Below are positions 26,700 through 37,524 of a stretch of DNA of 64,000 nt, one piece after another. The translations under genes and the position numbers were made by a program. Every line of letters begins with the position of its first letter. The first letter of the stretch is position 1. The DNA lies in assembly GCA_965644295.1 (NCBI GenBank), contig CBFFRP010000029.1, positions 1-64,000 on the forward strand, read 5' to 3'. The notes below the pieces were generated by a model. It did not search any database. It was not told where the DNA came from and saw only the letters and a list, made by a program, of their open reading frames with translations. This stretch comes from Paraphysomonas bandaiensis. Its lineage: Eukaryota > Protista > Chrysophyceae.

Positions 26700-28122
26700 T
26701 TACTCAACAAATAGCTTCTTATCCAATCGAACATGCTGGTCGGTTTTGGGATTGCTCATGTACAAAGTGAGGGAAGATTTCTCCGAATATTTTTCATTTT
26801 CAAATACAATCGAAAACAACGCAGTAGTCAATGTGTATCCTGAATCACTTTCTTCTTCCGAGGTAGCTGTACGATATATTGGCCACTCCTCGTCCTTTGT
26901 ATCCCCAAGTACAGTTAAAATGTCCTGCACACATTGAGGCGGGGGAAGTTCCGCTGCCCTCGCTATCCGGTGAGCAGATGAATCTGATGGGTCTTGCTCC
27001 ACATCAAGGAAGAGATAGGAGTTCGCATGAAACAGTGATGTTGCAGTCTCCACGTCGAGTGATTGCTCAATACGAGTCACAACATAGAGACTTGCCTTGT
27101 CTTTTTCATGCACACCAGGGGCAACTTCGACATTCACCAGGCGTTGTTCATGCTTAGACGCAAAGTTAAAAGAATGTCCAGTAGCTTGGTTAGGAATAGT
27201 GACACGAGAAATAGCATCATCGATATCAACAGCTCCAACCAAATGCCGGGAGATAAAGTTTCTACCGAGGCCCCCGTAGAGACATTCCACTGGATAGAGG
27301 CCATTCATTGTTCCCACGACCCCATGTTCGTTCCAAAAAAATGCGTCAGTGGGAAGCTCTCCTGCATATACGAAAGAGGTATAACGAATATTTTCACGGA
27401 CACCTTCTCCCTCCATATGTGCTGTTATTAACCACGACTCATCACGACTTTCCCAACCTCCATCCTCATTATGACCAATCACAATCTCATTCACACCATC
27501 TGCGGTAGACCCACTCAGAGCGTTCATTAAGTAGTCCGAGCAGTGTTCAACTTCAGGTTTTTCCTTGATGGTATCTCCTCGAAGGTGCTGAGAAGCTTTC
27601 TTGAAAGTTTTGAGCTCATTGCGAACATTCAATACGAAGAGAGTTTCAAAGTTGACGCCAGACCCATACGCCATACCTTCAAGTTCCGATACATACTCAG
27701 GAAACGTATTGTTGGCTGTAGTTAGCATCGCATCGTATGCGGCCTGTCCTTCCGGTGTGGAGGAGACCCACTGCACCAGCTGCATCACAGATTCAGAGCG
27801 CCTCAGACGATAGAGGATTGAGCTCCGTGTCGTGTATCCAATTTGCTGTCCCACCTACACACACCTTCACACACATCCATATATAGAGACATACATATAC
27901 ACATATATAGAGACATATGGACATATACGGACCATATAGAGCGATATACATATGACCCATAGGGGGGTGTAGGGGGGTATGTGTGTGTGTATGTGTAGAG
28001 GGTCTCACCGAGAAGTGGTCTCCGTGCACGAAGAGAGAGGGAAGAATACCAGTAGACAGAGGAGGGGACACCTGCCCGCTCACTGATGCTATGAGACACA
28101 CGTATGCGAGACTAATCAACAT
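26700..28122 (-). CDS. Secreted peptidase C45 / Ntn-hydrolase (tan/AAT-like)
   Basis: Signal peptide MLISLAYVCLIASVSG and one intron. Motifs FPEYVSELEGMAYG, EHCSD (catalytic Cys), GHNEDG, HANSY and SSAHR. Confidence 0.88.
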
Positions 28123-30033
28123 GTTTATAGTGTTATGGGGCTCTAGTATTATATATGTGTATGTTAGATGTGTGTAGAGGGCTGCTAGATGCCAAGATGC
28201 AACCATACACATACATACACATACATACACATACATACAGCTGTACACACTATGTGTGTTCTGCTGTACCATATGACCGTCTACAACATATGATAAAATA
28301 CAGTAGAACCATACAGATACTGCTGTACATACTGCTGTATACTGCTCCTGAAGTATCCCTATTTTTTATACTATGTGTGTTTTTTTCAAAAAATACAGTT
28401 TTTCAGAATTCTTTGTGCTGTATTTTGCATTGCAGTGGGATGTACGGGAGGTGGACACTGCATATGGATATGAATAGAGAGCGGAGTCCATCCAATGAAC
28501 AGCCACATCTTTACGATAGGAATCTATTGATAGTAATCTTGTTCATAATGATGCAGGAAAATGAGTCTGACATGGACCACCTCCCAATAGACATGCCCGA
28601 AAGGTTGCGGCCACTGACATCTTCATGAAGGTTAGACCATTAACTATCTTATCGCAGTCTAAAGGGATGTCTGTTGACTGTGCAGGAGAAGACATGGTAT
28701 TGCAGGGAAGTCATAGGGCCAGATTGCCCATGGTCTGATCAATTGACTACAAGAAGAGGGCTTATTAGACGATATGGTCTCTATCGCAACATTTTAGAAG
28801 GAATTTGAAAACACATGAGAAAACTGGCAGTGTTCTAGAGAGAGATAAACCACTGGGGTGCGATACTGAAGAGGCTAACGACCTGTTGTCAACTCTATCG
28901 AAGAGATTCCTTGGAAGTGTCCAAGTCAGAGCTGCGTGAACTGCTCTCGGGATCGTTCAAAGCAACAGCAAGGAAGAGGGGGAAAGTGAACCCAGAATTT
29001 GAATTGGTTAATTGGAGAACAGTTAACAAGTTTGTGAAATGAAAAGGACTAAACAGAGGCCAGTGATAAGGAATGCCAATGCCCATTAGTTGAAGCATAT
29101 ATAATTTGGAAAGTATACGAGGCTTCTTGTTGTCGTTCGCATCATCAACAAATTGAGTGCACTGGCTCAAATGTTTTTGTATGATAAGACGTACACAATC
29201 CTGATAAGCACTACTACTCTTGGAGAACTAGATGCCATTTACCTTCAGCAACAGGTGCGGCATATGAATTCTCCAGTACTATTCTTGAAGTGTTGCCAAG
29301 TCCTGGCTATTAAGGTAGATCGCTTGCACTGACATCATTATGATCTACCACGCACACAAAGGATGGAAGCCCTGTTTGATGAGCTGATTTTGAAAGTTCA
29401 GACATCATTGTTTCTTCCCTCTAATTGTGTAATTTAATCATATCACATATCATATACAAATGATGGTCAATATTCAATATCATGATTAATTATTAAGATA
29501 GAAGAAAGCTTATGTTTTAAAAAGTCAATACTTATGAACGACTTTCTGTTGATCCCAATTCAGGTCAAAAATAGGGATAATTACTTTTCGCCACACTTGT
29601 TCACGAACTTCTAAATTGTACATTATTTGTGATGAACGAAACTTTATCTACAAGAATCGAAGTATTCTTGTCGGATTTCTTTAAATCATACACGTCGTTT
29701 AATGTACAGTAAAATGACTGTGACTTCTATGTACATTCCCAATCAAGTCCTAAACGATAAACTACTACGTAGAATTCAGCGAGCATGTAAGTAGTAAGTA
29801 GCATACAATGGCCAAAATAAATACATAAAACTATCCACTAATGACGCCACAAATATATGTATAACCGCAGAAATTATTATAGAGGTTGTACGACACAGGA
29901 CACAGCAATGAAGATATTCAAGTAAATTGAATATTTCATTTTACCCACACCACACATATGCCAAGTATGCGCTTCTTGATATGTGATATACACTCGTATT
30001 CCTAGCCAAAAGAGAGGAGTTGTAATTAATATA

Positions 30034-31028
30034 TTACAGCTCACAGTCGATCCAGTTCGTAGTAAAGCTGAAGTCCAAATAGTCCAAATGATTTACTGCA
30101 GGATACACATAGCAACCGTTAACCAAACACATCAAAATATAAATTTATAGTGAAAAAAACATCCACACTAGAAATATAAAGTATGTACTAAAGAGAAGCA
30201 CACTCATGATACAAGAAAGAAATACTTACAAACATCTAGGGAAACGGTATACTGATTAGCGCAGGTCTCGTCTTCCCCTTCAATCGAGCATAGCTTCCAG
30301 TCGTTCTTGTCCTTCTCATAAAACACTTCGTACGCCATATGATGGAACCCCATATTTTGTGGAAACATACGAGGTACTGGATCTTTACGGTGGACCACAC
30401 GGAATGTTCCGGGAACAGTTTCAATGTACCACTTCTCAAAGGCTTCGTCCCCCACACGTGGCATACCGTAGGTGTATGCAGTTGTCATCGTCGCAGCAAT
30501 GCCCTTATAACTGAGGTCTGCCGCACAGTGAGATGCCAATGCAGCACCTAAGCTATGCCCCGTACAGGTGACTGTTGCTGATGGGTGTTCGCTTAAATAG
30601 GCAGAAGTTAAATTCCAAACTTGATCAGACACAGACAAATATGTCTTGTAGAATCCCTCATGAACATTGCATCCATCACAATAGGGATAGTCCATTTTGA
30701 GAAAGTCAAGATCATCAATCCACTCCTGAATGTCAAACGGATTGGTGCCAGAGAAGGCAATAATAATCTCATTATCATCTGGATAGTAACCCACATATCC
30801 AACCCCATCTCTGGAACTCGAAAACACAGTGGCATCTACACCTGGATACTTCTGACATGCTTTACACGTCCACTCCTCGACACCAGACTTTTTAAATCTC
30901 GGATCAGCGCAGTATGCAGCACCACTGAAGTATACATACTTCTCAGCTACACTTAACTCATAATTCGAATCATAAGCACACGAAGCACTCTGAACCAGAG
31001 CAACCGCTCCTATGATTAACCAATACAT
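30034..31028 (-). CDS. Secreted class 3 triacylglycerol lipase
   Basis: Signal peptide, AAYC, VHEGF, TGHSLG, TYGMPRVG and HRKDPVP. The spliced last exon LNHLDY supplies the catalytic His. Confidence 0.92.
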
Positions 31029-31567
31029 CCACACACTAACAATGTCGTGGGGGGATAATTATTCGACCAACTCTAGATCAGATGATAATATTTTGTTTAT
31101 AGCGTTTAATGACACTCACTGTGATATACATATATACATATACATTACACTGGCCGTACTGCTGCATATGAAGGCTACTCAAGTCACTGTAGTACACATA
31201 TACAACAGTATAGAAACTACACATCCCTCATATGTTGCATGTCATGGTATGGTATGCCGGTATGCCATATGCAGTGGTGTACATCCAGCAACCTCACCGT
31301 ACGACCGCTTCGTACACATGTTTTTTCCCTACTACATGCACTGGAGTAGAAGTGAGGCCCAAGACGTCAGTGAATATCTAGATGTGCATGTGCATGACTT
31401 GGTATGATGGATATCATTAGCAGAGTATGTATATATGTATGTGTGTGTGGGTATATATACATATACATACATCGCTGATCTATTAACACATTGCATAACA
31501 CACATAAAGAAGCCCCTCAAGGTCCTCGTGGTTCAATCAGAGGATGCCGTTCAATCTCATTATCATC

Positions 31568-33865
31568 ATGGCCCCTAAAATCGCTCTTTTAAACAGCGAT
31601 GGCGAGATAATAGTCCAGAGGAAGTACTTCACTAATGATGCCTATGCTAAGCTCATAGGGAGCGCTGGTAGCATAGATACGGGCACAACAGATACGCTCA
31701 TGTCAATGGACACCAATTCATCGTAAGAGAGTGTGTGTATGACTATATGTGTATGTATGACTGTGTATGCGTACAGGAGGAGTCTTATGAAGACATGTGA
31801 CTCCACTAAAACCATTAGACGGAATGATAGAGTGCCTTCATTTGTAGAAGATGATTTTAAGGGCATTAAGATCACAGAACAGGATCAAGAAGATGAAAAT
31901 GAAGAACCGAAGCCTTCTAAGAGTGACGAGAATATTCAACCGATTAAAGAGTCTGATCGATCTGCATCAGAAATGGTGCAAGATGGTGTGGATGAGCCAT
32001 CCGACGGGATCGTACATGAGATTAATGTGGAGAGCTATCTGATGCAAACTCTTGATACTCTTTATAAACAGGACTACATATGCACGGTACCTACGATTGT
32101 CACTGACCAAGGTGGGAACTCTCTTCAAGTTATGTTCGTGTGTGAGAAAGGAGTTGATGTGGACATGGTAATGGCCCATCTTGGTCATATTGGCGTTGGT
32201 TCTCTAGTTGGAAACGTTGACATCCTTCCCCTAGAAAGTTGTAAGTTCTATAAACGCCCAGTAGATACGGCTAAAACCGAGGAAGCCAAGCGAGATGCGC
32301 AAAGTGATTCTGTAGACTCCGAGGATGAAAAGGAGAAGGAAGAAAAGGCGGCAGAAGCGGAGAAGGAGAAAAAGCTATTTATGGAAGCCGCAAGTCAAAT
32401 TCGAGTTGAGCAGATTGTTGAGCAGATTCATGTACGTTTCTATTTGTATACAAGTATATATCGCCTTTGTGAGATGCATGGTGTGATACATCGAAGCTAC
32501 TATTATGTTATATATGGTTGACAATTTATTTTGTTTTCAGTCGTCAGCTACCTTTTCCTTCGACTATTTGTCATTATTACTAATCGCGTCTACCATTTCG
32601 GGTATTGGTCTTGCTACGAATAACACCGTAGCAATCGTCGCTAGTATGCTTGTATCTCCCATTATGGGACCAGTAATGGCCTTAACTTTCGGTACTGTCA
32701 TTAACGATCGATCTTTGACTCTTCTTGGTCTCAAGAGTGAATTAGTCTCGTTATTGTTGTGTGTAGTAGTAGGGTTCATTATAGGAATCATCTCGATTTT
32801 CATTGGTACAGCCGGACTTTGGCCAACTGATGAGGTCTATCCATGTGTATGTTTGTGTATATGCTGTAGAGTGGTGTAATTTCTTTATTAATTCACTGTT
32901 TAATGTTTTTGTTGGTCATGTAGATGAAAGGTCGTGGTCTTGTTGATGGACTGGCTATAGGTTTTGCTATTGCTATTCCTTCTGGAATTGGTGTGGCTCT
33001 GTCAATGCTTGGCAACAATACGTCTTCCTTGGTCGGGGTTGCTATATCTGCCTCCCTGCTACCCCCAGCTGTCAATTGTGGACTGGCTTTTGCCTATGCT
33101 GCTATGGGATTCGAATTCGATCCTAATGCGCGTGAAGACGATGACAACTTCGATTACACAACCCCTTCTAGTTTTGTTGATATGGGGGGAATATCGCTCG
33201 CACTTACTGTCGTTAACATAGGTGCGATTTATGTATCTGGCCTGCTTATGTTCAAGATAAAGGAAGTTGCTCCTATCAAAAATAAAACGGCTTTCTGGCA
33301 GAGAGATATCAAGGTACAGTAATTGGTTAGTTGTTTACCGTCATGAGTAATTATTTCTATGATTGTCTAGGTCTCCCGCCGCATCAATACTGCAATTCAC
33401 AAGCATCAGCAGCAAAACTACTATCGCACTCCTGGCAACCTTGATAGCGCAGTTATTGAGAATATTAAACTTCACCCAGAATTACGCCAGGAACTTCGAC
33501 AACTCCGGCGTGCCAATAGTGTTGATCTTCTCTCTTCTTCTACCGTGGGATCACCGGACAAGCCATCAGAGCGACCAAACCTCATGGATGTGTTTCGTCA
33601 GTTGGATGACGTAGATGATGGTATTAACATGAGAAACTTCAGCAGCAGTACCGTTCCTCCCCCAGATAATGCATTCCGACCACGTCCGGTTGCACCTGCT
33701 GATAGCGATGGTACAGGAACGTTAGATAGAGTCCGTGCTAAAAACCCCAGGAGGCACACACCTACTCCTCCGGCAGCGAAAGAGCTTCAGGATATAAAGG
33801 CACGATTCAGAGCGCAGGGGAGGGCAGTCAGTGTCAAATCTCTAGTAAAACCATCGAAACTGTAG
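31568..33865 (+). CDS. DUF389 (TIGR00341-type) membrane protein, multi-exon
   Basis: IVASMLVSPIMGP and LVGVAISASLLPPAVNCG, plus an N-terminal PII-like segment (LGHIGVG). Confidence 0.88.
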
Positions 33866-34494
33866 CACACTACAGACAATTTCTACACGCCTTTTATTCG
33901 TTACACCGGAAAGCTGTTTGGGAATATACTTGGAAGTGTGCTTTTATAAAAATATTTTCGTTATATTTGATGGCATGTCGTATTGCCATATAGTCTTGTA
34001 GTATTATTGGATTACACACTAAATGTTCACGATACCATGGGTATTCATGAAATGTCTATCAGCTGCTGATATTGCACAGAGTATTTGTATTTGTTGGAAT
34101 CCTTGATTTCGTTACACAGTTGTGTTTTTTCCATGGACAATGAACTGTAATAAATTTATACAACGACGTATATAATTAAAATCGGATTGCCCGAGCGATG
34201 TTAGTACGAAGTAGAGATAATTGGATTGATAGCTTCTTAAAACGCAAGGTCCGTGTAGATAGCATGTGTGGGACTAAAACACACTCATCTGGGAGTTAAT
34301 AGAGGTGAATGGGTTAATGGTAGTAAAAAGTTCTGAAACGTTTTATTTGGGAGAATTAAAGTGCATCTCGAGTATTAAACATGAGAGTCAAAAAATTATA
34401 AAAGAACACTAGTCTAATATATATATATATTATGTTGCCATTCAGCTCAAATCAGCGTGTTTGTGGTTTGTGGTTAGTGGACTTCTGAAATATT

Positions 34495-35850
34495 ATATGA
34501 GATATATTATTCAACCTAGTCAATTTGGTTGAATTTTCGGTGTAAAAAACTAGTCAAAGCAATAAATGACTCAACCTATAGTCAATTATAGTATTAAACC
34601 TAGTCATGAATTGTACTCGCATAAAGCTACGCATTACAGGCCTAGTAGTGAATGTCTGATTATTTAGCAATAGGCGTTGAGACCTTGCATCAATTAGTGG
34701 CTAGAAGAATGCTAGTCATACTAGTTAGACCACTACCCGTAACTAATCAATACAAACTCTTTTATCCTACTATTTAACGCTACGAAAGCTGCTTGTGCGT
34801 CGCCGCAAGCACCAAGGTGCAACCACTTCCGTTCTTTTGTGTGATATGAAATTCGCCTTTATCGTGTGTCCGTGGACTCACCGGCGCTATTGATCTGGGG
34901 GTCTCCCTTTGGGATGGGTCTCCATTGGTGTTGGAGGGGGCTCAGCGTTCTGGATTAGGGTCCTGAGTGCACCTAGTTCCAGATGTGTGGGTTGAGAGTG
35001 GTGGGGATTGTTGGGAGGAGGAGTTGGGTTTGTAGTCTGTGTTACTGTGCTCCTGTGGGGCCGCGGGTGTAGATAGAGTTGTCGAAGCCGTCGGCGTTGT
35101 GGAGGTCTGGGCAGTCCAGTGCTCTGTCGGGTAGGACCTGTGAGGTGTGCACGTGTGTCTGGAGTCGGGGACGCTGTGGGGGGTCTTCGTTGGACCCCTA
35201 GTAGTCGAAGGACTCTCGGACGTTGTCTTGACTGACTGCGTTTCGGACGGGGTCTCGGGAGTAGTCTGGGCGGCCTTTTGGACATGGTGATATAGCGACA
35301 ACCGCGATCCTGTAGCATAAGCTTCGCTGCAGTGTAAAGCGGTTGCAGGAGATTAATAACCGCTGTTTCTAGGTTCCGCTGTTTCTACGCATTACAGGCC
35401 TATAGCTACGCATTACAGAAGCATGAGGTCATAGCAGGTGACGTAGAATCAATGCAACATACAGAAATGAAAAAATTCTTCGCTGGCAGTGTCGGTTTTT
35501 TGATGCTTCTGATCACATCCTGGCTCATCCGAAGATTGTGGGGTTCAATTCCCATGAAATGAAGATTGCTGTGGAGCTACACCGGACTTGGTCATCAGAA
35601 ACAGCCCAATTTTCATTCGACTGTGACGACGAAGTGTGAGGCATATATCATTTTTGGCTACAGTATGCTCCCCTGTTTGACTACGTGAATACCTACTTCC
35701 ACCTCTAGTCACTGTAATGATAAAAATCTAATTATTTAGTTACTAGATTTTTCTACCTTTTGACTAGGTATTTACACCAATTTTGGTGTGACTAGGAAAT
35801 TCCACTAAATTGACTAGAGGTCGAAAAATAGATTCCATATTCCATATTCC
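34495..35850. mobile_element. Non-autonomous DNA element with ~90-bp imperfect TIRs rich in CTAGTCA; hosts the 34645-35384 insertion
   Basis: 34495-34560 is the inverted complement of ~35757-35842. Confidence 0.55.
34645..35384 (-). mobile_element. 5'-truncated non-LTR retroelement 3' end
   Basis: 18-bp TSD CTACGCATTACAGGCCTA (34627-34644 and 35385-35402). The ORF remnant ends PKGRPPDQ*. The 3' UTR is shared with 36287-36470 and 41560-41771. Confidence 0.75.
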
Positions 35851-35940
35851 ATACTGATGTATGTCAATAAGATATTTATACTCTGGTGAACATAAAATAT
35901 TACTATTATTATATTTACCTATTCGTAATATATACTATTA

Positions 35941-36245
35941 TGTTCTGGGGGAAAAGTACCGGAGATATTTCTTCGGAAAACTAACGTGAGCCGCACATAG
36001 TATTCTACCTACTCATAGCGGAATGCTTGTGTGGTACAAGGAACACTATCATAAATCTAAGTTTTACATGTGTAGACGTCCTTAGGCCTTGATAAATAAA
36101 CAGGCATCCGTGAATTGGCCCACCTGAAGTGTATTCGGGTTTTTTTGGGCTGCCTGCTGCTAAAGTCAAGCATCTGGGCTGTTCACCTTAAGGACTTAAT
36201 TATCCTGAAGTCAACATTCTGCTTGTGCTCACTGCTTTGTACCAT
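35941..36245 (+). mobile_element. Truncated inverted copy of the 541-bp short retroposon
   Basis: Inverted homology to ~36480-36793. Retains the P1'-P4-CTAAC-GTGAG part of the ribozyme. Confidence 0.75.
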
Positions 36246-36286
36246 GTACAAGGGTTAGTAATTTGCTCATCAATAATAATATATAT

Positions 36287-36827
36287 TGAAAGTCTTATTA
36301 TTAGCAATAGGCGTTAAAACCTGCATCAAGTTACTAGCTAGATGAATGCTAGACAAACTAGTTAGACTTCTACCTGTAACTAATCAGTAAAAACGTATTT
36401 TATCCTACTATTTAACGCTACGGAAGCTGCTTGTGCGTCGCCGCAAGCACCAAGGTGGGACCACTTCCGCTCTGAGTTATGAAGGTGAACATCCCGGATG
36501 CTTGACTTCAGCAGGCAGCCCAATACCCCGGTTACCTTTCAGGTGAGCCCTGTCCCGGATGCCCTTGAGGTGGGCCCATTCCCGGATGCCTGTTTATTCG
36601 TCAGGGCCCAAAGACATCTCTACACAAGTGACACTTATTGGTAGACATCTCTACACAAGTGACACTTATTGGTGTCCCTAGTACCACACAAGCATTCGGC
36701 TATGAGTGAGTAGAAGAATATCTGCTGACTATGTTTGCAGCTCACGTTAGTTACCCAGAGAGAATCTCCCCGGTACTTTTATCCCCCAAAACACCACGAA
36801 AAGGTGCGAGTCCGACTTTGTTGAGGG
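36287..36827 (-). mobile_element. Full-length 541-bp non-autonomous retroposon (ribozyme-headed, SINE/RIME-like)
   Basis: 17-bp TSD matching at 15/17 (36270-36286 and 36828-36844). No ORF. The 3' ~180 nt is shared with the LINE-like fragments. Internal 31-bp tandem duplication at 36612-36673. Confidence 0.75.
36741..36827 (-). ncRNA. Candidate HDV-like self-cleaving ribozyme at the element's 5' end
   Basis: Minus strand reads CCCUCAAC-AAAGUCGGA-CUCGC(P2)-ACC-UUUUCGU-GGU(P3/L3)-GUUUUGGG(P1')-GGAUAAAAG-UACCGGGGAG-AUU-CUCUCUGGGUA(P4)-A-CUAAC(J4/2)-GUGAG(P2'). Confidence 0.6.
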
Positions 36828-37524
36828 TCAATAATTCTATATATGTTTAATGTATCCACTTCTGTATATATATACTATAATGTATCCGCTCTGTATATAT
36901 ATATACTACAATGTAGCTGTGGTTAGAGTTTGTAATATTCTAACCATTTGGAACTGTAATTAGTATAAAACTTATTAAAAGTCGTTAAACATATACTTGA
37001 ATCATATGGTATTACTTATTCTATTTTCTTTGTTATTATGACTATGATTTAATATTTAGAAAAGACTCATTAAACAAAAGCGCTTTGTCTAAACGTCTAA
37101 ACTATTAACTACACTATAACGTTTGTATTACATTTCTCAGTAGTTTTAAACATATTCTGTTCTATCTCAATATCTACTTTAAAAAAATAGTTTTCTTTCA
37201 CGTCCACACTTTTACAGGCTTCATTCGACTTTAGAACTGTCTCTTTTTAGACCTTCATGTCCTGATTGTAATTGTTGTCCATCACTCTGATTACGTTCGT
37301 TGTGCACACAGGGATACTTCTCAGTTAACTACATGAATTTGCTGGGTTTACTACGATAATATTATATAAATATATTATCACAATTATGAAGGACGATCTA
37401 CATCAATTAATGCTACTGACAATTACATAAGCTGCCACCATTTCACAAGAAATATTGTAATTCCATATCGAATAATACAAGGACCATATTTTTATCTTCA
37501 GTATCGAAATGTGTAGTATCACTC

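Noticed and set aside
27793-28628. ORFs rich in C/V/Y/H/T
   Set aside because: They are translations of (CA/TG/TA)n-rich intron and promoter sequence.
35500-35560. tRNA-Met-like sequence (CTCAT loop, GGTTCAATTCCC T-arm)
   Set aside because: No acceptor stem or D-arm can be formed. At most it is a decayed tRNA or SINE head.
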